In this document: piece by piece, positions 1-37,500 of the stretch | Layout: the number at the start of each line of letters is the position of its first letter | How positions within the stretch are numbered: the stretch's first letter is position 1 | Assembly (NCBI GenBank): GCA_030141605.1 | Contig: JAQGDQ010000912.1 | Coordinates: forward strand, 17,076-81,075 | DNA length: 64,000 bases | Direction of reading: 5' to 3' | Source: Tubiluchus corallicola | Lineage: Eukaryota; Animalia; Priapulida | Translations under genes and position numbers: made by a program | The notes under the pieces: model-generated | What the model was told of the DNA's origin: nothing | What the model saw: the letters and a program-made list of their open reading frames with translations, nothing else | The model's database searches: none

Positions 1-512
1 TTGTAGTGTTACATTATGAAACCATGTAATTGCTATACCCAAATAAATAAATAAGTAAAGTAAATATGATCACCTTTTCTATATATATATATATATATTT
101 ATCAATAATGTCAAAAATGTAAAAAGTCAGTGAGTAATGACCTAAATAAATGACGCTTTTCCTTTATTCTGATACAAACTAAACGTATGCCAAGTCTATC
201 TAGTATAAACTTGCAAGAAAGTTCTTAAAGGAAAAGCATTCTGGGAAATTAGGTAATTTTCAAATTTCCCAAAAAATGTTTTCAAGGATTTAGTAATAAA
301 CGGTATCATATGCGCCGCGTGTAATTAGTAAAATCATTTTAAATTAAGATCATTTCACGCTTAAGCTGCAGAAGTTTGAATTAATTAAGTAGCGCGCTTA
401 AAGAAAGCCACGATACGTATATGAAAAGTTAAGAAATCCTCCCGTTATGTCATAGTTTTCAATTTTTTTGTTATGTTTTTTTAAGCTTGTGTTAACAGTA
501 AAATAATCCATG

Positions 513-25380
<24,868 letters not shown>

Positions 25381-26044
25381 TTCTCTTGATGTCTCTTTAT
25401 TAAATACGACAATGTAGGCTTAGTAGACACGTATTTATTTTCTAAGATACTTTGTATGTCTAGTTCAGGATTAGTGAAAGCATCTCCTATATGCATCTAT
25501 GACAATGGAACAAATCGATATTTCTTTGTGTTTCTTCTGCTGTCACATTGATTAACTGTTTTAGACTGCAGAAAGGAGAATAGCGTTTGTTGCATAATTA
25601 AAACTCAAGTGCAAGGACAACGGTCATAGCAGTGCAAGGACAACGGTGAAGGCAAGGTGCATTTATGTACTACATGCATTAACGCATTTATGAATAGGGT
25701 AGATACTTCGATTAAAAAAGATTACTATGCATGGTGTTTTTTCGTTTAGTAAACATGAAAAATTTTGAATGCAGCATATGATTAGGACGCTATGCACTTG
25801 TAGTACTTTGAGTCCATTATACGTAGTAGTAGTAGTAGTAGCAGTAGCAGCAGCAGTAGCAGCAGTTGTAGTAGTAGAGCAGGGGGTAGTGGGTGGTAGT
25901 AATAGTAGCAGATTATTAATAAACGAAAGTTAGTGTGAATTTTACTGGTACTTTATACGCATTACTACATGTTCATATGTAGCAAGGTTGCAATTCCTGT
26001 ATATGACGAGCATCTGCTTATACACGAGTGCGGCGTTGAAGATA

Positions 26045-26164
26045 CCGGTTGTTCAAATTACGTTAATGACACCGGTTCTCGTCTGATCACCGAAGTTAAG
26101 CGACGTAGAAGCGGGTTAGTACTTGGATGGGTGACCGACTAGGAATACCAGGTGGTGGAGGTTT
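26045..26164 (+). pseudogene. 5S rRNA pseudogene or 5S-derived SINE head
   Basis: CACCGGTTCTCGTCTGATCACCGAAGTTAAGC...GGTTAGTACTTGGATGGGTGACCG..GGAATACC matches the animal 5S internal control region; 5' stem diverged; followed by (TAAG/TAGG)n tail. Confidence 0.85.
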
Positions 26165-26761
26165 GCAGGATGCCCACACTCTAAGTAAGTAAGTAGGTAA
26201 GTAGGTAAGTAGGTAAGTAAGTAAGTAGGTATTTTTTTAAATGCCAAAAGATGAAAGCTACAAGTACATGAATGTTTTAATCATAAAATGTTTCATACTT
26301 ATTTTGTCAGCTTCACCTTAAACTTATTGATGTATAGTTATAATTTAAAACACAGAGCATCTAAACTCTAAAGTAAACTCTTTCATTACTGATGAGACAC
26401 AAATATGTACGAAGTAAGTGGTAAAGTTCCACCTCGTTGTAGGTCCCGTCATTGTCTTATTTCCAATATCCATCTGTTTGTTTAACGTTCTTTCGCACAC
26501 TAAAACTCATAGAAATGTGATCTGTGTCCTTCTTCTTTATTTCTTAGTTCCATTCGCTAATTCTTTAGGAAGGCTATATCTAATTTTAAGTTTACTTTAA
26601 ATTGCTACTACACCAATCTGCCTTTGTCTTTTCTCAAATACTCCTTTAAAGGACCTTGCATTAATTTCGCGTGTGAAAGAAAATTTAGCAATCTAGAGAG
26701 TAGTCTCAGTAAAGAGAATCGGTAAAATGTTAAAAATGTATGAAGTTCGGTAATTAAAGGA

Positions 26762-27261
26762 TGTTATATGATTAATGGTTTCATAAGTGAATATGTCATA
26801 TATCTAGAAATGAAGCCAGACTGCTGAGCACGAGATTAAGGTGCGGCAGTCACGTGATGCCTTTGCCACTAAGATTCCTCATACAGAAGTAGCTCTTCTA
26901 GGCCGCCAAGCTGGCTCCAGTAGAATGCCTATTTCCCCAGCACATGCGCCCCAGTAGAATGCCCATTTTCCCCGCACATGCGCTCCAGTAGAGTGCCCAT
27001 CCAGTCGAGTGCCTATTTCCCCCGCGCATGCGCTGTCAGACTGGCACCTCGAAGAAGCCAGCAAGTCAGAGAGAGTTAGTTAAGATCAGATCAGGGCCAG
27101 GGATCTCAGGAAGAGGAGGCATAGATCAAAGGGGGCTTGCAATAGCTATGACATGTGTACTCTTATGTAATATATTATTGTGAAATAAACGTGTTAATTG
27201 TCATGAATCCAGATCTTATAGCTTTGTCACCACCTCACGCCAATAAACAGCTACTGTCACA
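26762..27261 (+). mobile_element. Possible solo LTR
   Basis: TGT...ACA bounded, GC-richer block with internal ~30-bp repeats (AGTAGAATGCCTATTTCCCC..CACATGCG) and AATAAA; no target-site duplication found. Confidence 0.35.
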
Positions 27262-27743
27262 TCAATAAGTACTACCACTATGCAAAACAGCATATAAACT
27301 TTACCGTCTCTGTTTGCCCGTCCTAGCTAAATCAATTCAACGCGTTCGCTTACAGGAATGCATTCTAAAAGTAAAAGCCAGTATGCTCGTTCTTGTGACT
27401 TTAAGCCTCTGGACATGTGGATTGAAAGTTTTACTTATTTTCCAGTCAAGCCTTTGAAACTAAACTGGGCAGCAGAACTGGAATTACCATAATCGTTCCT
27501 TTTTTGTCAATTACTAAAAAGCGGTTGCTCAAAAAACGTTTTTGTAGAAAAGTTTAGATAATGTTCATGTACGCTGTCAAAACAAGCGCAAAACATACTC
27601 ACTTTCGGTTGCGTACTTTAGACCATAATTATTGTTCAGCAATGATGTTGTTCAGTTTAATATTGAATTCGTTTAAGGGCTAAATTCTCACGTAGATAGC
27701 CAACCTTAAAAGTAATACTCCACAAACTACAATGTTGTTATCG

Positions 27744-27783
<40 letters not shown>

Positions 27784-28049
27784 CTTTATCGCTCAGTATT
27801 AAATGTGTATGAAATTAACAGTTTATTACATGATTATGTTGTTTCCCAGAGCAAAAAAACCAAGATTAAAATATGCGCTTGTTATCATTATGGCAACATC
27901 ATAATGATCTTTACAAAGACAAAAAATGTGGGTTCTTTCGACCAGTATGAAAGCGACGAGGAAAATAAAATCGACTTGAACAAGTTAAATCATAACGTTA
28001 TAATGTAATGCGAACCAATACGTGATAAACATGAACGCTCCAGATCTGC

Positions 28050-28745
28050 TTTCCTATCGTGAAAAGTACCCGCCAGTGTGAGGTATTTGAAGATATGAAT
28101 TTTTCTCGACCTAATTTTAAGCTTGCCTTCAGGAATGTCAGTGCTGCACTCATAATGATAATTTTGCTCGTAGTTTATTTAATGAGACACTTTATAAGTT
28201 TTGGAGAAAGATTAAAACTCGTTGTAATAATAATATTCCGCTCCCTGACAAAATTGATGATGCGCATGGTGGAGAAAATATTTGTAAACTCTCGAGGAGG
28301 CATTACGAGCCAAATAATTCAGTGTCAAATAATAACTTAAATAGTGATTGCGAACAGGTAGATATTCCAGCTGGTGGTGAACCTGTGTGTGTAATGAGTC
28401 AGAAATTATAAGCTCTGTTAGATCTCTTAAACGACATAAGACATATGGGCTTGATAGTATTGCTGCTGAACATGTGATTTTTGCTAGCTATAGAATTTAT
28501 GTATTGTTGTCTCTGTTGTTCACTGCTATGTTTAACCACGTATATGCACCTGCTGTTATTACTGACTATGTAATTGTACCTGTTATCATAAACAAGAGTC
28601 TTGATATAACGGATAGCGATAATTTCATACCAATAGCTATATCTACAGTGTTTAGTAAAATCATTTAAGTGGGTCGGTTTACTTAGACGAACACTTGCTA
28701 GTATCACTGTGCATTCGAAAAGGTATATGGCACTGAATTATATAT
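28050..28745 (+). mobile_element. Decayed LINE ORF2 fragment (RT N-terminal region)
   Basis: SEIISSVRSLK..KT.GLDSIAAEHV...VIVPVIINKSLDITDSDNFIPIAISTVFSKII resembles the K..G.D....EH / IVPI.K / NYRPIA..SK motifs. Confidence 0.85.
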
Positions 28746-28769
28746 ATATTTTCATATTCATGTTTTATA

Positions 28770-29593
28770 GGTTTTACATGTCAAATGTAGACCTGCGTTA
28801 ATTCAAATGTAGATTTAGGTAATTCAAATGTGTCTTGGTAACTCAAATGTAGATTTAGGTAATTCAAATGTGTCTTGGTAACTCAAATGTAGACTTTGGT
28901 AGTTCAAATGTGTTAACAATGGTTTTCAAGAAATCTTAAGCGCTTTTGGTAAGTCAAATGTAGACACATGTCAAGTCAAATGTGACGTTGGTATCTCAAA
29001 TGTGGATAGGTGGTAAAGTTTAAGGATGTTAAAATTTAATCTTCTTTAATTTCAATTCAATAATTGCTTTTAAGTTAAAATAACAACGTTATAGGTTCAC
29101 TAATATTCTGCAAACTTTACATACCATTGGAACTGTTAGAGAAAACAATATATTCTTAAAATAAACAATGTTTCTTGGAAGAAACTAATTCATTAATGCA
29201 CTTCAAAAACTAACTAGTGATTAACTGTTCATTGGGAAGCGGGAACCGATTTATTCTTTTCTGCCGACATTTTTTATAAAACGTTGACAAATAAAATGTA
29301 GAATTGGTGTATATAAATAGTCCATACAAATAGTTGCAAATTAATTAAATAATATAGAAATTGATGCTGCCGATAGCACCATGACCATAAAATATAATTT
29401 TAATTTGGTTTTATCTTTTTGTAATTTACACTTAAATGAGTTAATTACTGATTTGTTCAAAGCACCGCATCTACATTTGACTTACCTAAGTCACATTTGA
29501 GTTACCAAAACACATTCGAAATTCCTATGCCTACATTTGACTTACCTAAGTCACATTTGAACTTTCCTGTGTCTACATTTGACGTGTAAAACC
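28770..29593. mobile_element. MITE with TIRs, TA target site and ~20-bp subterminal TCAAATGT repeats
   Basis: TA|GGTTTTACATGTCAAATGTAGAC ... GTCTACATTTGACGTGTAAAACC|TA. Confidence 0.88.
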
Positions 29594-31512
29594 TATTTAG
29601 CACACCACAGGCAGTTACTGAACACCGATTCTATATAAGTGCTACATAATGAACAGGTATTACACAACAAGAAGTTGCTTGAATATAAGCGTTATGCAAA
29701 TACATGTAATTAATAATGACCATATAGATATGAGGTTAATAGGGCTACTAACACACCACAAGTAAATGTGTAACCATTCATTACATAAGCAACCATAAAT
29801 TCACAATAGAGAAGGGGGAACAGAACTATCAGCCTCGGGAGTCGTAAAGTGTTGATACGCCCTTGGTCACATCCCTAATTGTTCTCTATTCATAATTTTT
29901 AGATTGTAGATTTGATACATTTTTGATATTTTTAGCCACAAAAGGCTCTCTTTTACTAGATTGTACAAATAACGTTCGGTCGTAGATGTCTATCTCAAAT
30001 CATTCGTTCATGTAAAACTAGAATATTCTAATAATAACGTTCACATTTTAGATATTTTGTCACATTCAAGACTAAATAGTTGTTGGCATGTAGGGTTGAA
30101 AAGTTACTTTGAGGGTGAGTATGTTTACCTGTTGCCTGTTATCCTGCCCTGAAATTATTCCTGTGCAAGTCATGCAAGAGTGAATTTTTGTGATGGAGTG
30201 CTTATTGTTTGTATTAATAATGCGTCTTTTGTGTATTGCAAATTTTGCATTGGCGTTGCGCAATTTTATGTTTGGTTTTGTTCAAAGACAGAAGCTGGTT
30301 CACATCGTTTACCATGCTCTTCTGTAGGTAAGTATACAGGTTAAAATATTATGGAAGTCTTTAAATTGAGTTTCATGGTTTAAATTATTATTCATCTTGC
30401 CACTTTTATCCATACATGACAAGACGGCAAGAAACGTTGTTGAAATGTTTTGCTTAATTTGCTTGTAGGTGAATTTCATGTTGAACAGTGAGTTTCAGTT
30501 CTGGGTTCAAGCCCTGCAGCTGCGAATATTTTACATCCAAATCAACAGTTTGTCAAGCGTTTTATTAAATTCTATTTTATTTGTAAACAAAGTAGTTAGA
30601 CTATTGTTAAGTTTGTGGCACACCAAGCTCTGCTTACTGTTATATCACCAATGGATTTTAATTTACGACACATAACTGTAGTAGTTATCAGTTAGAAAAT
30701 GCATATGATATTTTTGCAAGGTCTAGAAATGCAATTTGCAAGATGCAAAGACCTTCGCAAGATGTAGAAAAAGTCTTTGATAGGAAACCAACAGGTAATA
30801 TGGCTAGAGACTGCATCGAACACTTAGAATGCAATGATTTTAATTTTTTAAACGCAGCACAACTGCAATCAATTCTAAATTACATTGTAACGTGTTAATT
30901 TGAAAGAAATTGTACTGCTCATATATTTTATCAGAAACATTAGGCCCATTAATTCTCTTTACTATCGTTACGTTGTTTTTATTACTAATCGTGTAAATAA
31001 TCCAAACTATTAACACTTTTTATGAATTACAATGTAAAGTATATTCGAAATAAAATGATGTTAATAATAATACAAATACATACATGTTTTTGTTCTTTAA
31101 GTTGTGCATCGTTAATGTCTGCCTTAAATTAGGTCGACACAAATATTGTATTTTTGTTTGTGCATGTCGCTTTAACTTAAGGTATTGTATTTTCTTGCTT
31201 GGTCTACAGAAATCAATGTTTTCCAATGGATTACTACATTGGTCAGCAGTCATCAATGTTTCTATTGTCTTTAAACAATAGAATGATTTGAGACAGGTGT
31301 TCTTGGACACAGCGTATTTTCCTTAGGGGCCATTGTGCGGACAATGGTATCTATGACAAAGTCAATATGTTTGTTATCTTCAAGGAGTAAAGGCACAATG
31401 CATGTTGCTTTCCTACTGCATATTCTCGTGGATGGCATCGTATACATAGCTTTGTTATTTTGCTCTGCCATTACAGAATAATTCAACGAGACTTAAAGTG
31501 CTTCAAGCAGCA

Positions 31513-31573
31513 ATGATGTTGTTGAACTGGCTGAAACTGATTTTGCATTTTGCAATTTTTCACATTGGAAAAT
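31513..31573 (+). CDS. Gene B exon 1, signal peptide MMLLNWLKLILHFAIFHIGK
   Basis: Hydrophobic peptide with AAAT|GTAAGT phase-1 donor matching gene A exon 1. Confidence 0.8.
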
Positions 31574-34500
31574 GTAAGTTGACGTACTTTTGTCCTATTA
31601 GACGTTTTAACTTTCTGTATAAGCGTGTTTGGTTCGTGCATTGGAATTGGCCTGTGATTTGTGAAGTATTCTGATGCGCTACCAAGCAACTGAGAGTGTC
31701 AGGGTCTTGAAATATCAGCATCAATAAATTAGGTAGATATTGTGTTATTTTTTGGGAAACTGAAATTTAACCATCAATAGTCGTATCTTGGACATGTTGC
31801 ACACGAATACAACATAGCAAATATGTCAAAAGCGAATATATTATCAGTATTAGCAGAACTTTTAAAAGTAATCAGGCACTTTCAGGCACTGATCTGCTCA
31901 ATTAGTAAATTATAATTTTGTTGTAATTTGATTTTCCTTTGCATAAATTTGGCTTGTCATACTGTCCACAAAGAGGAATTATCATTATACGTACGTATAT
32001 ACGTATACTTATATATATATATATATATAACATGTTACTTGATCTATATATATATATATATACCAAATAACCAGTAATGCAGTTTTGTTTTTGTATGTGG
32101 ATAAATTTCGATAAAGCTGTAAATACAATTATGCACCCTGTTTTTAATTATCAAAACTTTTCTTTAATTAATACATTAGCATTCATAACTAGCATACTTA
32201 ATTTTTAACATTGTGTTATTAAGCAAATAATTTTACTCTTTATTCTCTTATTAAATTATATCTTGCATAAAATTTACAGTAATTATTAAACAAATGCTTG
32301 ATAAAGTATATATGAATAAAAGAAGAGGATTTTTTGCAGCGAAGCTGATCCCGTGTAAATCATCGGACAGCTTCAAGGTGGTTTTTCCAAGCAAAGGCAC
32401 GACAGATTATATCAAGCCCTTACGTGGCATTAACGTAGATTTCTCGGCGTTCACATTCTGTGAGGTAAATAAATGTGAAGATCACTTTAAATAAATGTGA
32501 AGATCACTTTAAATAAATGTGAAGATCACTTTAAATAAATGTGAAGATCACTTTAAATAAATGTGAAGATCACTTTTTTTAATGAGCAGAAACTACAAAT
32601 TTGGTCTACTACTTTTGAGTTAAGCCTTTTCACAGTTTCAGCGATTGATGATGATCGTGAAAAGGCCAAAGGTTAAGCACACCAGACAACATATTTGCGT
32701 ACACTTGCTTCACAGCCCACACTATTGTAATAGTAACTGTTTTAGCAGCTAGCTAGATCCTTACTTAGTTCATTTTTTCTTGTTCCCAAGCAAGATCCTG
32801 CTAGTAAATCATTCTACGCACAGACTAATGGATAGTTAAATAAAGTGATCATAAAACAACTGAAGTTACTGAACTGACATGGCAGACAGCTATGCTTTAC
32901 ACACGTCACGTGACGGTTGTAGTTTAAAGACGCGTTGCAGTGGTACGCTTAACCTTTGACCTACAGCAACCTTGATTTTCTCAAGGTTATGTTTTTCAAT
33001 GCATAGCCTGCACCTCAACTTCAATGTGGATTATCTCAGCTTAGAAATAACATAGAGCGATGAACTTGGTATAAAAATGATCCTCAGGAAATGGAGATTC
33101 AGGATATGTGAATAACTAGAAAAGCTTAATGCCGACTTATGGACATATTTTTTTGCCATGCAAGCACACATTTGTGCTAGAGGGAAAGAGACAGTTAATC
33201 ATAATATGTACATCTTTGTTTGAAATAACATCTCACTTTGTTTCAACAGAAAATGATGTATTGTAGTAGTATGTTGCTGTGGTAATGTAATTTGTTCACA
33301 TGTAGTAAATAAAACATTAACAGACATGATTAATTATCATTCTGTTAGTTGTCATTATTAACTGTGCGTATCATTCTGTGATTATCCCTGCACTTCATGC
33401 TTTTTCAGATAGCACTCAGACACTTCATATGCTTGAAACCCCTTCTAATACACGTGGTGTGGTCTTAAATGTAACTTTACAACCTGTCAGTTTGTGATCT
33501 GTGTGGCTTTGTGCACCTCTCATTGCTTTTGTTTGAGTCACATCACTAAAATACGTTTTCCATGTTTCTTTATTAGTAATTAGTTACAAACCATTCTGTT
33601 TGCTTGTTTCAGACTCCGAAAGGGCGTCTACTTTATTCTGTCCCAGCGGTTGAATGCGTGAAACAGCAAAAACAGATTTAATCACCATTAAATTCTGAAG
33701 ACAACACTTTCTTACAAATATCACACTTATAATGGCACACCAAGATTTTGATACCGTTATAATAATTGAGCATGCTTGCGCTATGTATTATTTAGCTATG
33801 TACACAAGACAATTTAGTGTATTCTTTCTTAATTAATCTGATTATAATTTTCAATTTCAGTGGGTTCTCACCTATAACGGGTTTTCTCGGGGAGCATTGG
33901 TGTCATACGCTGTAGAGGGCACTGACAATGCCATTCTTTTGTTTATGGACACTAATAATCAGCTGGAGTTTTCAGTAAATCAAATGTAAGATGATTTACC
34001 TTTACAAAAACACTGCATAATATAATATAGCGATGAAGTTGACAGTGCCGATGATGTAGCCAAGTTTTGTCCTGTAAATTTTGATCAATTAACAACGTTA
34101 ATTGAAAGGAGATTAAAGGTTAAAATGTAATTTTTATTAAGATTATACTCATTTTATCTCGTCTATCTCATGGCTTTATTGCACAATTTGCTATTTGATG
34201 TCTTTTTAGGCTTTAATTGAGTACATTTAAACCTTTGACACTGCTAAAACGTTTCTTGCTTCATTATTTTCAATTATTTTTTGTAGTCAATTAATTCAGA
34301 AAAAAAAGATATTTTGTTAATTAAAAACTACTTTGTTGCTGCGTGCACACCTCAAATTTCAGAGTCATTGTTACTTGGGCAAAACCTCTACCGGACGGAA
34401 GTTTCCACCATCTGTGTGTAACATACAACAATGGTGAATATGCATTGTATGTTGATGGAGAGTTATTTAATAGTGCTAATTCTGGTAAGTATGATATTAT

Positions 34501-37500
34501 CCATGTTATAATCTTTTTTGTCAAGAAATCTGATAGTTGTACGTTAATGCATTGTCATTGAAATTACAAAAATGGCCATCGGCAGGTAAATAAAGAATTA
34601 TATTGTAATTAAGAACAACACAATTTTATTACAATTTTTACTTTAAAAAGTTAAAATCATGTCAAACGTTTTGACTGAGCTACTACTGTCATCATCAGTG
34701 GTAAATTTACAAACATAAAACCAGTTTATATACGCAAATCACCCGATGATGGCAGTAGCAGTCTGTCGAAACGTTTCACATGATTTTAACGTTTTAAAGT
34801 AAAAGTTTTAATAAAGTTGTGTTGTTTTTAATTATAAATGTTTTTCAGTGCCTGTAATAAAAATTGACTTGCATTATATTGTATTCCTTAAAAAATATAT
34901 AATAACGTGGCCCTTGTGCTTTATTTTTCCATTTCTAGAAGCAGACACTATCGTTAGCGGAGGTAGCTTGATTATTGGACAAGACCAGGACAGTGTGGGC
35001 GGTGACTTTGTCTCAGGTCAAAGTTTTATGGGGGAAATCACTGACGTTATAATGACCACGCATGTTTTAACTGCAACCGACGTTGGTAAGATTGATAAGT
35101 TACTTAAAAAACAAAAAACGGGTTTGTGGTATAAAAAGTAGTACATATGTTTCGAATTTTGACGCAAGCAGGCCTGTTATTGAAAAGGATTTTCTAAGTG
35201 CATTCTAAAATGAATAGTTGGATAGATGAATAGATCAATGAATGCATAAAAACTTGATATCTATAAATAACCTCAAAAGAAATTTGAAAAATGAAATCAT
35301 CCTTTAATCAATTTGACTAATTTGGCTGCCGATGTCGAGATTATCGTGGCTGGCTATGTCTGTACTGCGCGTCACTTCATACTGTTACCATCGCATCTCT
35401 GTATTCTCCTTCAACAATTCTTTTCTGCTTCTTTGCTCTTTCTTCTTTTTCTCAATCCGCTTTCATTTGGGGTGCCCGCAACAAGTAATTACTTTTTGAG
35501 CATCCAGTAGGCCAGCTTAACACTTTGGGTAGATAATATTACCAAATCATTAAAGTTTTTTGATGTTCTATGCTGTAATAGTTGTTGTGGATTCAATGAA
35601 CGAATGGAAATCAAGGCATAGTTTAGCTGATTTAACAGCTAAACATTTTGAAAGAATTTTGTGTCAAAATCCCTTAACTTTTTTTGATGAATTGCATTAA
35701 GACAAAGAAGCAGTTGATAACTTATTTCAATAACTTATTTTTTGCTAATTTAATACATTTAATTAATTACTGTTAAAATATATTTTAGTCTTGTTATGGT
35801 GACTGGAGTGACTGGATTTGTGTTTGTTATTCAGTCCAGTAGCGATGTCCTAAAACCGAAATATTGCCTTTTCCGAAATGCTAAAGTGGTTGTCAGTACT
35901 TTACTTTTCTTTACTTTACTTTACTTTACTTTACTTTACTTTACTTTACTTTACTTTACTCTACTCTACTCCACTCCACTCCACTCCACTCCACTCCACT
36001 CCACTCCACTTCACTCCACTCCACTCCGCTCCACTCTACTCTACTTTACTACTATACTTTAGCGGGACTCTAAAGCTTAAATAGACCCACTTTGCATGCC
36101 CCATCAGTTGGCTACAGGCGTAACTTTCTTGCTGCAGTTCCACTTTGTTATAAATTTCTTTGCAGTTTTCATGACTGCCCAGTTGGCTGTATTGGCATGT
36201 ATTCACCAAGTACAGTTCAAGAATCTTCTAATCTGCTTCTGGTGAAATTGCAATTTCTTATTATTTTACAAATCATCTGCTAACATCTTGGCTTAACGAG
36301 ACATCACGTGGAGGTGCATTCAAGTCTTGAAATTCGGTTAAGCACCGTAAGTTCAAAACATGTAGCGCAACGTTCAAAAGTTTTTCTCTCACTAAATAGA
36401 TGAGCCTTCGGCTATTTGAAAGTGATTTACAAAAAGGAATTGTACATTGTTCTAATTGTTGTCTTTTGTTATTGGTATGTGATATTGTCTTCTGTTGTGG
36501 TAAAATAAGGGCATTTTCCTTCTAAATTAATAAGTTGTTTATTTTTTAAACTGTTGTTGTCCTATCCCACTTTACTCTGCCGTGTTCTACCCTGCACTCT
36601 CTTGTTCTATCATGCCCTGTCCTGCCCTGTCCTGCCCTGTTCTAACCTGTCCTATCATGTCCTGTCAAACCCTGTTCTGTCTGTTCCACAATGCTTTGTT
36701 CTGCCCCGTTCTGCCCCATACTATCATGCTCTGTTCTGCCCTGTTCTACCTTGTCCTGTCATGCTCAGTGCTACCCTGTCCTATTGTGTCCTGTCCTGCA
36801 CTGTTCTAACCTGTCCTATCATGCCCTGTCCTGCCCTGTTCTACCCTGTCCTGTCATGCTCAGTGCTACCCTGTCCTATTGTGTCCTGTCCAGCCCTGTT
36901 CTGCCCCATACTATCATACTCTGTTCTGCCATGTTCTACCCTGTCCTATCATGTTCTGTCCAGCCCTGTTCTACCCTGTATTATTACGTCCTGTTCAGGT
37001 CTATTCTACCCTCCCCTATCATGCTCTGTCCTGCCCTGTCCTACGCTGTCCTATCATGCTCTGTCCAGCCCTGTTCTACCCTGTCCTATCATGCTCAGTC
37101 CTGCCCTGTTCTACCCTGTCCTATCATGCTCAGTCCAGCCCTGTTCTACCCTGTCCTATCATGCTCAGTCCAGCCCTGTTCTACCCTGTCCTATCATGCT
37201 CTGTCCAGCCCTGTTCTACCCTGTCCTATCATGCTCAGTTTTGCCCATTCTACCCTGTCCTATCATGCTCAGTCCAGCCCTGTTCTACCCTGCCCTATCA
37301 TGCTCTGTCCTGCCCTGTTCTACCTTGTCATATCATGTCATGTCCTGCCCTGTTCTGCCTTGTTCTATCATGCTCAGTTCTACCCTGTTCTACCTAGTCT
37401 TATCATGTTCTGTCCTGCCCTGTTCTACCCTGTCCTAGTATGCTCTGTCCTGCCCTGTTCTGCACTGTTCTATCATGTCCTGTTCTTCCTTGTTCTATAC

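Noticed and set aside
26045-26164. Functional 5S rRNA gene
   Set aside because: Single copy with diverged 5'/3' terminal stem and a microsatellite tail; treated as pseudogene or SINE.
30193-30327. Hydrophobic ORF MECLLFVLIM... with a strong GTAAGT donor as gene B exon 1
   Set aside because: In-frame TAG immediately precedes the donor; 31513-31573 fits phase and paralogy. It may still be a 5' UTR exon.
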